A DNA stretch of 64,000 nucleotides, from the NCBI GenBank assembly GCA_963807965.1, contig CAWEDU010000009.1:35577-99576 (forward strand). The letters are read 5' to 3'. The notes under the pieces were generated by a model. The model did no database searches and was not told the origin of the DNA. It was given only the letters and a program-made list of their open reading frames with translations. Each line of letters opens with the position of its first letter. Position 1 is the first letter of the stretch. Source of the stretch: an uncultured Thermoplasmatales archaeon. Its GTDB lineage: Archaea > Thermoplasmatota > Penumbrarchaeia > Penumbrarchaeales > Penumbrarchaeaceae. Shown here piece by piece: positions 53,408-62,367 of this stretch. The position numbers and the translations under genes were made by a program.

Positions 53408-53750
53408 TTGATGTTGGAGTTTGAAAAGGACCGGGAGGTCAAGGTTGGTTCACTCGGTCCGTTAAGGATTAAAAAGGGAAAATATGCCTATATAGGTTCT
53501 GCTAAAGCCGGAGTCTGGAGAAGGGTGAGGAGGCATCTGGAAGGACCTGTAAATCCCAGGTGGCATATAGATCACCTATCAATTATTATCCAGAGATAAG
53601 ACCGTCTTCTTCAAGGATTATGGTCCCGGTGATGAATGCTTATCAGCTGAATACCTTTCAAAGAGATTCACATCTGTTCCAGGTTTCGGTTCTTCAGATT
53701 GTAAATGCGGTTCACATCTATTCTATATGGACCAGTTAAAGAAGAAATAG
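53408..53750 (+). CDS. DUF123-family (GIY-YIG-like) protein with an apparent frameshift near 53590-53600.
   Basis: First frame reads …VGSLGPLRIKKGKYAYIGSAKAGVWRRVRRHLEGPVNPRWHIDHL…. The second frame reads …DECLSAEYLSKRFTSVPGFGSSDCKCGSHLFYMDQ* and ends at 53750. Confidence 0.5.
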
Positions 53751-54488
53751 AGAGATGATCTCAAAAAGAAGAAGGAGGAAACCTATTCCGATAAGGAGAA
53801 TTCCACCGACGATCCTGATATCATCTCTGTTCAGTTTTCGCCCCAATTCTGAAGCTCCGGATCCGAGGACAAGGAGAGGAACTGTAAGACCGAGAGAATA
53901 GGAGAACATTGTCATAGCTCCCATGAATACTCCTGTCCCTATATCACTGGAATCGAGACCAAGCATATTGGCAACAGCCAGTGATGCCCCGGAGGCCTCG
54001 ACGAAGCAGATCAGGGAAACCAATATCCCAAGTCCTACCATTGAACTCCTTTCCCCCTTCCCTTTTCTAGGGCCAAGTTTTGTCAGGAGTAAAAGGAACC
54101 TGTTCTTCAGACCTGGTGCCATACCACTACAATCATCTTTACTTCTCCTCCTTGGGATTCCCATGAATCTAAGCCCGGTAGCGATCATTATGAAAGCAAT
54201 AATAATGTATACAAAAGCCTGGAACCATGGAAATGAAGAGAGTCCAGCAAGGGATGATATCGAATACCCGAAAGCACCGAGCAGTCCTCCAAGAAGAGTC
54301 AATATCAGGATCCTCGGGAGGGAGAACATCATTGATAGACCGAGTCCTTCTCTGGCTCCTCTTGATTGTCCGGCCAATCTAAGAATGAGAAGCGGCCCAC
54401 AGGTCAGATTACAGATGGTAAGACCCTGGACCGTTCCCAGCAGGAACATCATGAGGAATAATAGAATATTTGCTTCCATCGGATACAA
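53736..54488 (-). CDS. Polytopic membrane protein, possibly DsbD/CcdA-like or TauE-like.
   Basis: 250-aa ORF with 6-8 predicted TM helices and a C-x3-C in TM1 (…TICNLTCGPLL…). Family assignment uncertain. Confidence 0.35.
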   Translation of the reverse strand: MYPMEANILLFLMMFLLGTVQGLTICNLTCGPLLILRLAGQSRGAREGLGLSMMFSLPRILILTLLGGLLGAFGYSISSLAGLSSFPWFQAFVYIIIAFIMIATGLRFMGIPRRRSKDDCSGMAPGLKNRFLLLLTKLGPRKGKGERSSMVGLGILVSLICFVEASGASLAVANMLGLDSSDIGTGVFMGAMTMFSYSLGLTVPLLVLGSGASELGRKLNRDDIRIVGGILLIGIGFLLLLFEIISLFLL

Positions 54489-54539
54489 TGGGTTGAAACG
54501 GATAGGTCCACAAATCCTTATCGGTGATACGGGATACCT

Positions 54540-56535
54540 TTACCAGAAGACGAAGCTCCCGTATACGAGAAGATGTCCGATGAGGAAACCAAGGATGGCC
54601 CCTCCGTTCAATGGAGGCAGACCGGCATGAGCGCTTCCTTTCAATACCCATCTGATGAGAATTGCATAACCGAGAAGCATTCCCAACATGGTAAAGAGAG
54701 CTACAGAAAGTGGTCCCGATAGACCAAGCAGTCCATCAGCTTTTGGAAGCCAGGCAAAGGAAGATATCACCAGGATTCCCGGGATGATAACATCTCCAAG
54801 TCCCATGAACAGTGATTCCCGTTTTCTCTTTGGATCCATCAGGTTGGTCTCATCCTCGTATCTGTAATCAAGACGCATCGGAAATACCAAGAGAATTGGC
54901 ATTTTGGATTCCACCACCGAATCTGCAAGCGAGATCATGTGTTTTGTCTTGTAAACGGAAATGGCATCATATACTGCGAGAAGCACCATGAGAAGGAGTG
55001 TGAATAATATTGGGAAAGAGGTCCCCATCATCGCTACTACACCAGCTCCCATCAGGATCCCGGAAAGATCGATTATCCACCATTTTGGGATCTTCAGGAG
55101 GAGAACCATCATACCAACAGCTATCAGGAATGCTGTTACCTGAACCCATATCTGCATTCTCTCGGTACTCGTCGAATTGTCCTATTAGAATAGCTCCATC
55201 GAAAAACAGATAGATATCGCCATCAGGACCATCCTGGAAAACACTCAAAGGTTCTTCAGTGAAAGAGTAGTCTTTCTCAGAATCCTTTGTCCGAACACCA
55301 ATATCCTTACCTGATATGAAGATGAACCTGTATTCAAGGATCCGTCGATCTTCACCCTGGACGATCTGATCATATGAAGCCATATAACCATTCTCGAGAT
55401 CCCCTGTATGGAAACCTCTCAAAACATGGGATGAACTATTAACTGGTCCAATAAAAATGGATACCAATACGTTATCTTTAGTTGGATATTCATCTCCAAC
55501 TTCAAGGAATGGATCCGGTGACCAGAAAAGGGTATTATCACCCTGAACCATACACCAGGTGAAGTTAAAGGTACCTGTTCCACCCCCGAATCTTCTTAGG
55601 ATCATTCCATTTTTAAGTTCAAAAACAATTGAGTCTATGGAATTATTTGAAGTATATCTCACTCTCTTGTCAGACCATCCGAAAACAGGATAGAAGGGTC
55701 CTTCATTAAGACCGATGTTTTCTATCCACGATCCAGGACCATCGCTTCCAGGTTCGAATGCGAGAAGTGACCAGTTACCGTCATCAGCTTCCCAGAATGA
55801 TATCAGATAATGTGTCTCGTTCGGATATGCCATTGAAACACCTAGGAGCTCATATGATCCATCGATCGTTCCAACGAGTCCACTGTCCACAAACCTTCCG
55901 TCACTGTTAACTGTCCAGTAAGGGTGATTCCCTTTTTCTGATCCAGTAAGAACCCACAGATCATTGCTGTAACTTGGATCGAATGTGCTCTCTAGATCCT
56001 CGGTTTTCCATATTTCATCATATTCATACTTATTCTTTTCAAGGACATGGAATGACGAATCTGTGACAACGATGATTCCCTTTCCGGGATCGTCCGGATC
56101 AAGGGGAAGAACTCCTCGAATACCATCGATATCCAATTCATACTCGTCCCAGACCTCCGGAAATCCGTTGGCGACAATATCCACCAAAGGAGTGAGAATG
56201 TAAAGTGAGGAAAGAAGGACCGCTGCTGCAAAGAGATACTTCAGCTTGAACCGTCTCCTTTTCAACAATTTTCTAAGGACCAGAATAAATACCGCGAATC
56301 CGATCACAAATCCTAGGAAAACGAAAGCATAGAGAGGATTATCCGCATATCTGCTCATCTCAGAAGTAATCCCAAGTGCATCAAAATAAGGACCTATCCA
56401 AAGGGCCAATAGTAGTGTGACGACAATAAGGATCACCATCATGGAGATAGGCATGACAGCTTTGATGGGAGTGAATGATGAAATCTCCTTCTCCATTTCA
56501 GAAGGACCTTCATCCTCCCCCTGGTTTTCTTTCAT
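54540..56535 (-). CDS. Presenilin/signal-peptide-peptidase (A22) family intramembrane aspartyl protease. Probably one ~660-aa gene: 3 N-terminal TM helices, a ~400-aa extracytoplasmic domain, then 6 TM helices carrying YD and GLGD motifs. Apparent frameshift at ~55157-55182.
   Basis: C-terminal ORF 54540-55157 has …LLAVYDAISVY… (YD), …FMGLGDVIIPG… (GxGD) and …GLPPLNG… (PAL-like). Upstream ORF 54967-56535 has 3 TM helices plus a large hydrophilic domain. The ORFs overlap by 190 nt. Within the overlap the upstream frame encodes low-complexity text, whereas the downstream frame encodes TM helices. Confidence 0.5.
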
Positions 56536-56554
56536 GGGACCAATCCTTTGAATC

Positions 56555-57052
56555 TTACTGTTTATACCCTATCTTTCTGAGGAAGTCTCTTCTCCATTCC
56601 TGATCCAGGGGTCCCTCGATGCCGTTAGGCTTGCTTCCATCTATAACACCAATTATTCCCCTTCCCCTCTCATTTTCCACTATTAGGACATCTGTAGGAT
56701 TTGCAGTGGCACAGAATATCCTGCAGACTTCCGGCACTGATTTGATCCTCTGTAGGACATTGATAGGGAAACCATTCTTCATGAAAACAATGAACGAGTG
56801 ACCAGCCCCTATATTGCTTGCATTCCTCTTTGCAAGTTCGATCATTCCTTCATCGTTCCCGGTCCATCTTACCAGGCACTTCATGGAAGCCTCGCAGAAG
56901 GCGATCCCGAACTTGAGTTCCGGATTCGTGTTCACCATTGCCTCATAGACATCCTCAACAGTTTTGATGAAATGGGACTGCCCTAAAATGAAGTTGATAT
57001 CGTCAGGTTTCTCCACGGCGATACTTTGGATTTCCATTACCTCACCTTCCAC
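56555..57052 (-). CDS. Conserved archaeal protein, possibly adenosine-specific-kinase family (PF04008-like).
   Basis: 165-aa ORF (…FGIAFCEASMKCLVRWTGNDEGMIELAKRNASNIGAGHSFIVFMKNGFPINVL…IFCATANP…). Assigned from memory of the family's features, not verified. Confidence 0.3.
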   Translation of the reverse strand: MEGEVMEIQSIAVEKPDDINFILGQSHFIKTVEDVYEAMVNTNPELKFGIAFCEASMKCLVRWTGNDEGMIELAKRNASNIGAGHSFIVFMKNGFPINVLQRIKSVPEVCRIFCATANPTDVLIVENERGRGIIGVIDGSKPNGIEGPLDQEWRRDFLRKIGYKQ

Positions 57053-57072
57053 TTGAAGCCTATGCTCGATAG

Positions 57073-58347
57073 TTAAGGTTTCTGTGTCTCCTTGTTCCTG
57101 ATATCTTCGAGTATGTCAATGGCAGAAGATGCGGTGATCGTTCCTGTTCCGATCATTCTTAGAACCACCTGTTCGGTCTCCTCATTCCCGGCACCGGCCT
57201 GGATCGCCAGGTTCCTGGCATGGAGCTTCATATGGCCTTTCTGGATCCCTTCCTGGGATAGAGCCCGAAGAGCAGCCAGATTCTGTGCAAGTCCTACAGC
57301 TGCAAGTACTTCTCCCAGTTCCGAGGCTGTTCTAATTCCCATAACCTTGATCGCAGCCTGAGCAGCAGGATGGACCCTGGTTGCTCCACCAACCAGTCCA
57401 ATGGGGACAGGGATCTCGATCTTACCAACGAGATTGCCATTCTCATCCCTGGAATAATCTGTCACAGGTCCATAGGTCCTGCCAAAGGAGGCATATGCAT
57501 GTACTCCCGCTTCAACTGCTCTTGTATCATTCCCTGTAACCCTTACAACAGAAGAAACGCCATTCATGACACCCTTGTTATGCGTCGCCGCCCTGAACGG
57601 GTCCACATTTGCCATGGACTGGGCCCATAGGATCAGTTCGACACCATCATCCCCTCCAAGGTCCTTTTTCAAAAATACGGCACTGGCTTTGGCAAGCCTG
57701 TGGACTGCCAGATTGGAGATTATTCTTAGCACAACAGTTCCACCTGTCAGCCTCTCTACTTCAGGTGCAACAGCTTCAGCCATCGTATTGACTGCATTTG
57801 CTCCCATTGCATCCCTGCAGTCGACTAGTAGATGGAGTATGATCATTGGTCCCATTTCACTGTCAAGTCGGCGGATCTCGATATCCCTGCATCCCCCCCC
57901 TAGCCTGATCAGCATAGGATCCTTTGAGTTGGCCATATCAATGAGGTCCCCTTTTGCTACCTCTAGAACATTTATCGCTCGATCAGGTTCATTTACGTTC
58001 ACAAGCTGGACCTGACCTATCATTACAGGATCAGTGGTTGAACAGGTGAAACCCCCCGTTTCCCTGGCAATTTTGGCGGCTTTTGATGCGGCAGCTACAA
58101 CTGATGGTTCCTCAATTGCCATTGGGACAAGCCTTTCGATACCATTGATCATGAAATTCGTCGCTATACCCACGGGAAGCTCGAATACACCTACAACATT
58201 CTCGATCATACCATCCAGTAAAGACATGTTCGAGGATCCTCTAACAAAACCTTCAAGGTCATCGGAAGATAATCCTGAAGATTTGGCTATTTGGTCTATT
58301 CTATCCTTCAAACTCAATTTGTACAATCCAGGTATATCCGAATTCAT
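57073..58347 (-). CDS. hmgA: Hydroxymethylglutaryl-CoA reductase, class II
   Basis: 424-aa ORF with …ENVVGVFELPVGIATNFMINGIERLVPMAIEEPSVVAAASKAAK… and …DAMGANAVNTMAEAV…, typical of class II (P. mevalonii-type) HMGR. Confidence 0.8.
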   Translation of the reverse strand: MNSDIPGLYKLSLKDRIDQIAKSSGLSSDDLEGFVRGSSNMSLLDGMIENVVGVFELPVGIATNFMINGIERLVPMAIEEPSVVAAASKAAKIARETGGFTCSTTDPVMIGQVQLVNVNEPDRAINVLEVAKGDLIDMANSKDPMLIRLGGGCRDIEIRRLDSEMGPMIILHLLVDCRDAMGANAVNTMAEAVAPEVERLTGGTVVLRIISNLAVHRLAKASAVFLKKDLGGDDGVELILWAQSMANVDPFRAATHNKGVMNGVSSVVRVTGNDTRAVEAGVHAYASFGRTYGPVTDYSRDENGNLVGKIEIPVPIGLVGGATRVHPAAQAAIKVMGIRTASELGEVLAAVGLAQNLAALRALSQEGIQKGHMKLHARNLAIQAGAGNEETEQVVLRMIGTGTITASSAIDILEDIRNKETQKP

Positions 58348-58363
58348 AAGATCACCGGTCTGT

Positions 58364-58801
58364 TCAGTGTGGCTCCACTATCGCTTTCTTGAGCTTTAAA
58401 TCCCTGGGACAATCAACAATCGCCCCAATCTCCTTGATCGCCACCTTCTTCCCTTTCAGTCCGGAAGGTATAGTACATAGGATATGATTTTGGCACCACT
58501 TCCTTGGACAATCCGGTTGATCAAGCACAATAAGTGCCGCTTCAAGAGCCTTTCTACTCGGGATCGACACTTCAATGGGAAGTTCCTCAACCTCAATGAC
58601 CCTAACCAAATCTCCGTCATGGACCTGACAAGCATGTTCCACATCACGCACAGATACAACCCTGTATTTTCTTCCAGGTGTTAATTTATGACAGACCGCT
58701 TTTAATCCGCAATCCATGCACTCATCTGCTGGACCAGTATATCTGAATTCAACACCTTCCTTTGCAAGTGTTCTACCGGCCAAAGTTATTATTCCCATCA
58801 T
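58364..58801 (-). CDS. UPF0179-family archaeal protein
   Basis: 145-aa ORF with Cys-containing motifs (…ADECMDCGLKAVCHKLTPGRKYRV…ACQVHDGD…CPRKWCQNHILC…). Confidence 0.45.
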   Translation of the reverse strand: MMGIITLAGRTLAKEGVEFRYTGPADECMDCGLKAVCHKLTPGRKYRVVSVRDVEHACQVHDGDLVRVIEVEELPIEVSIPSRKALEAALIVLDQPDCPRKWCQNHILCTIPSGLKGKKVAIKEIGAIVDCPRDLKLKKAIVEPH

Positions 58802-59034
58802 TCATCAAACCGCCACCAGACATCACCGATATATTTATCTTTGTAGTTGGATTCTTGCATTATTAGCATAGGAGAGAATCACCGGCCCTTTAAATAGAAA
58901 GGGATATAAATAAGAACCATTATCGGGAGGAACCTGAAGCCAAAGCCAGATATCATCTGGCAGCCGCAATATCTCAATTTGCGGGCCGGTTCAACGCATC
59001 CCTGCGATGACTGGCTGCTTCTGGAGGGATTAAC

Positions 59035-59538
59035 TTGGCCGAAAAGAAAAAGGGCAAAGGTCAGAACAAGGATCAGGACAAAGAACATGGTCCCGATTTC
59101 AAGTTCATTGTTCGTATGGCAGGTACAGATATTAACGGAGAGAGGAGGATCCTCGAAGGTCTCACATCCGTTACAGGTATCAACTACAGGATATCACATA
59201 TCTTGACCAAGGAGCTTGGTGTCCCAAAGGACCAGCTCATGGGGGACCTCTCCGATGATGAGGTTAAAAAACTGGTAGAGCTTATCGATGATATTCCTAC
59301 CCTTCTCCCATCTTGGCTCCTTAACAGGCAGAGGGATTTGGAAACCGGTGAGGACACACATGCCATAGCATCGGAACTCTCCATGGCTGAGAAGGAAGAT
59401 ATCAACCTTCTGAGGAAGATAAGGAGCTATCGCGGAATAAGACATGAAACTGGCCAAAAGGTCAGGGGACAGAGGTCCAGGTCCAACGGAAGGACCGGAG
59501 CTACAGTCGGCGTGTCCAGGAAGAAGGCGATGAAGTAA
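59035..59538 (+). CDS. rps13: Ribosomal protein uS13
   Basis: 167-aa ORF with a K-rich N-terminal extension, then …FKFIVRMAGTDINGERRILEGLTSVTGI… and a basic C-terminus. Confidence 0.85.
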   Translation: MAEKKKGKGQNKDQDKEHGPDFKFIVRMAGTDINGERRILEGLTSVTGINYRISHILTKELGVPKDQLMGDLSDDEVKKLVELIDDIPTLLPSWLLNRQRDLETGEDTHAIASELSMAEKEDINLLRKIRSYRGIRHETGQKVRGQRSRSNGRTGATVGVSRKKAMK

Positions 59539-59550
59539 GGAGGTGTTAAG

Positions 59551-60162
59551 ATGGGAGATCCAAGGAAATTAAGGAAAAGATATGATACACCTTCACACCC
59601 CTGGCAAGGAGAGAGGATCAAGGAGGAGAAGGAACTGATGATCAAGTTCGGTCTGAAGAATAAAAAGGAGGTCTGGAAGGCACAGTCATATCTAAGAGAC
59701 CTAAGAGGCCAGGCCAGGACACTGCAGGCTCACATAAGGACCGAAAATAAACAAGCTATCAAGGAAGCCGATCTTCTCTTGAAAAGATGCTACAAGTTAG
59801 GCATACTCAATGAGGGAGCACCCCTACAGGATGTTCTTGCGATCGAGATCGAGACCGTTCTTTCAAGAAGACTTCAGACCCTTGTTTATACAAAGGGCTT
59901 GGCATCGACTCCAAAACAGGCAAGACAGTTAATATCACATGGTCATATCATATTGAGGGATAGGAGAACGACAATTCCTGGAATGTTGGTTCCCAAATTT
60001 GAAGAGAGGACACTAAGTTATGATGAATCCTCGCCATTTGCTTTCGAGGAACATCCCATGAGACCAAAATCTTCCATCCAGTCCGATGGGGCCGAAGATG
60101 TTTCACAGGTTCCCGAGAAGATCAGTATCGAAGCACCTTCATCCGATGGAGGTGACAACTGA
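59551..60162 (+). CDS. rps4: Ribosomal protein uS4 with an acidic C-terminal extension.
   Basis: 203-aa ORF (…[52 protein letters not shown]…). Confidence 0.85.
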   Translation: MGDPRKLRKRYDTPSHPWQGERIKEEKELMIKFGLKNKKEVWKAQSYLRDLRGQARTLQAHIRTENKQAIKEADLLLKRCYKLGILNEGAPLQDVLAIEIETVLSRRLQTLVYTKGLASTPKQARQLISHGHIILRDRRTTIPGMLVPKFEERTLSYDESSPFAFEEHPMRPKSSIQSDGAEDVSQVPEKISIEAPSSDGGDN

Positions 60163-60548
60163 TGTCCGAGAAATGGGGAGTTTGTCATATCTATGCATCC
60201 TACAATAATATCCTGATCACACTGACCGACCTGACCGGAGCGGAGACTATTGCAAAGGCCACGGGCGGTATGGTCGTAAAGGCAGCGAAGGATGAAGCGT
60301 CACCCTTTGCAGCAATGAGGGCAGGAGAGGCCATAGCGGACAAGGCAAAGGAAAAGGGAATAACCAATATCCACATAAAGGTCCGAGCCCCGGGAGGGAA
60401 CGGACCCTCCTCACCGGGACCTGGTGCCCAGGGAGTTATAAGGTCCTTATCAAGGGCAGGTTTGAGGATAGGCAGGATAGAGGATGTTACCCCAATTCCA
60501 CACGATGGGACAAAACCCAAGGGTGGAAAGAGGGGAAGAAGGGTCTGA
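60162..60548 (+). CDS. rps11: Ribosomal protein uS11
   Basis: 128-aa ORF (…[37 protein letters not shown]…[10 protein letters not shown]…). Confidence 0.9.
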   Translation: MSEKWGVCHIYASYNNILITLTDLTGAETIAKATGGMVVKAAKDEASPFAAMRAGEAIADKAKEKGITNIHIKVRAPGGNGPSSPGPGAQGVIRSLSRAGLRIGRIEDVTPIPHDGTKPKGGKRGRRV

Positions 60549-60557
60549 ACCAGAGGT

Positions 60558-61433
60558 GTGAGGATGAAGCTTGAGGTAAGGGAACTCACCGATACGAAAT
60601 GCTCGTTCGTTGTGGATCAGGTAAGACCCGATGTGGTAAACACAATCAGGAGGAGCCTCGTATCCGAGGTTCCAAAAATGGCAATAGATGAAGTGGAGTT
60701 CCATATGGGCCCCATCAGAGATGAAGAGGGAAATGAGTATGATTCCAATTCTGCTCTCTTTGATGAGATGATAGCCCATAGGCTTAGCATGGTACCCATT
60801 CCTACCGATCTTGAGAATTATACCTTCAGGGACCAATGTGAATGCGGCGGTTCCGGCTGCCCTCATTGTACCATTATCTATGTAATGAACAAGAAGGGAC
60901 CTTGCACAGTTTACTCTGGAGACCTTCAACCTCTTGGTGATATGAGCCTGAGGATCAAGGAGGAACTCATCCCTATAGTCAAACTCAAAGAGAAACAGGC
61001 CCTGCTCATATATGCAACTGCTGTGATGGGTAAGGGAAAGACCCATGCAAAATGGCAGCCAGTTACGATCTGTGGGTATATGAACTATCCAAAGCTAGTG
61101 GTCAATAATGATGTCAAGATCGATGATCCCGAGGCTGTCATCAAGGTTTTCCCCGAAGGGGTCCTTGTGATCGAAAAGGGGAAGATCGTTGTTAAGGACC
61201 TTAAGCCCCTTGAAGATAAGGACCCGTCCTATTACGAATCCCCCATTCTGGATGCTCTCGACGGATCTGAGAAGAAGATCATCGAGATCTCTCATGAAGA
61301 TAATAAATTCGTGTTCAACTTCGAGACCGATGGTTCAATCACCTCCAAGGATGCACTTAGTCATGCACTGAACTATCTCTCTGATTTCTACGAAGAACTA
61401 AGAGAGGAGATCTCAGGACTTGATGAAGCTTAA
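60558..61433 (+). CDS. rpoD: DNA-directed RNA polymerase subunit D (Rpo3)
   Basis: 291-aa ORF, follows S11 as in other archaea. Dimerisation domain with a Cys cluster CECGGSGCPHC. Confidence 0.8.
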   Translation: MRMKLEVRELTDTKCSFVVDQVRPDVVNTIRRSLVSEVPKMAIDEVEFHMGPIRDEEGNEYDSNSALFDEMIAHRLSMVPIPTDLENYTFRDQCECGGSGCPHCTIIYVMNKKGPCTVYSGDLQPLGDMSLRIKEELIPIVKLKEKQALLIYATAVMGKGKTHAKWQPVTICGYMNYPKLVVNNDVKIDDPEAVIKVFPEGVLVIEKGKIVVKDLKPLEDKDPSYYESPILDALDGSEKKIIEISHEDNKFVFNFETDGSITSKDALSHALNYLSDFYEELREEISGLDEA

Positions 61434-61492
61434 ATATTCAATGGACTCTCTGCAGACCGAGGTATCTTACCTTCGGTTCATATTCATACGCT

Positions 61493-61548
61493 CTGAACCC
61501 CGACAGCCTCAAGTCGTGACCACTAAAACATTGCGAGGGGAGCTCAGA
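61493..61548 (+). repeat. Partial direct duplication of the tRNA-Leu upstream leader plus the first ~15 nt of the tRNA 5' end. The second copy lies at 61681-61735.
   Basis: gaaccccgacagcctcaagtcgtgaccactaaaacattgcgaggggagctcag matches gaacccgacagcctcaagtcgtgaccaccataacattgcgagggtagctcag with 4 differences. The ~135 nt between the copies contain palindromes ccgggaacaagttcccgg and ttgaccatgggtcaa. Confidence 0.7.
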
Positions 61549-61718
61549 ACCCTTTGACCATGGGTCAAAGCGTTCACGGAAAGGGCACCTTCGGTAGCCC
61601 AACTTGGTCATATCCGGGAACAAGTTCCCGGGCCGTTGACCAATCTGTGGCGGTCACTTCACGATCACACGCATCCGCCCCGAACCCGACAGCCTCAAGT
61701 CGTGACCACCATAACATT

Positions 61719-61805
61719 GCGAGGGTAGCTCAGCTTGGTCAACGGCGCTAGATTGAGGGTCTAGTCCTTAGTGGTTCCTGTGTTCAAATCACAGCCCTCG
61801 CACCA
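61719..61805 (+). tRNA. Candidate tRNA-Leu (anticodon GAG), class II with a long variable arm and encoded CCA.
   Basis: Hand fold: acceptor GCGAGGG/CCCTCGC, 3-bp D-stem with a large D-loop, anticodon stem CTAGA/TCTAG with loop TTGAGGG (U33, GAG, R37), 13-nt variable arm, T-arm CTGTG-TTCAAAT-CACAG, discriminator A, then CCA. Confidence 0.6.
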
Positions 61806-62310
61806 TTTTCTTCTCGTTAATATTAAATTGATACAGAAAATGGTGCTCTAAAACGCTGACACTCGATGAAAAATGATGATAGGCGATACAACCGTTTTTC
61901 ATCTTAACCTTAGAACTTAGATTGACGTCATATTTACTACAGTTCTAAGGTCACAGCCCTCGCACTATAATTTCAAAGATTTTACGTGTAATATTAAATT
62001 GATACGAAAAAATGGTGCTCTAAAACGTTGACACTCGATGAAAAATGATGAGTACGGAGATTACAGACCGTTTTTCATCTTAACCTTAGAACTTAGATTG
62101 ACGTCATATCCAATACAGTTCTAAGGTCACAGCCCTCGCACCATTTTCTTCTCGTTAATACTTAAATTGATACAGAAAAATGGTGCTCTAAAACGCTGAC
62201 ACTCGATGAAAAATGATGATAGGAGATACAGACCGTTTTTCATCTTAACCTTAGAACTTAGATTAACGTCATATTTACTACAGTTCTAAGGTCACAGCCC
62301 TCTTCTATGA
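61806..62310 (+). repeat. Array of three tandem ~165-175-bp modules immediately 3' of the tRNA-Leu. Each has a TATA-like box, two conserved inverted repeats (hairpins) with hypervariable loops, a tRNA-3'-end-like terminus (…GGTCACAGCCCTCGCACCA) and a T-rich tract.
   Basis: Units at ~61806-61967, 61968-62143 and 62144-62310 are >90% identical outside two variable patches. IR1 is gatgaaaaa…tttttcatc. IR2 is ccttagaact…agttctaagg. A degenerate fourth 3'-end copy (acagccctc) lies near 62343. Confidence 0.75.
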
Positions 62311-62367
62311 TTGAAATTATTCGAGCTGATTATTCACTGGACTACAGCCCTCTAATCATCTTTGTTT

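Noticed and set aside
58879-59088. 69-aa minus-strand hydrophobic ORF upstream of rps13.
   Set aside because: Overlaps the rps13 start and its GC-rich leader. Likely spurious.
61806-62310. CRISPR array.
   Set aside because: Repeat period ~170 bp with internally structured, promoter-containing units. No short uniform repeats alternating with unique spacers. No cas genes.
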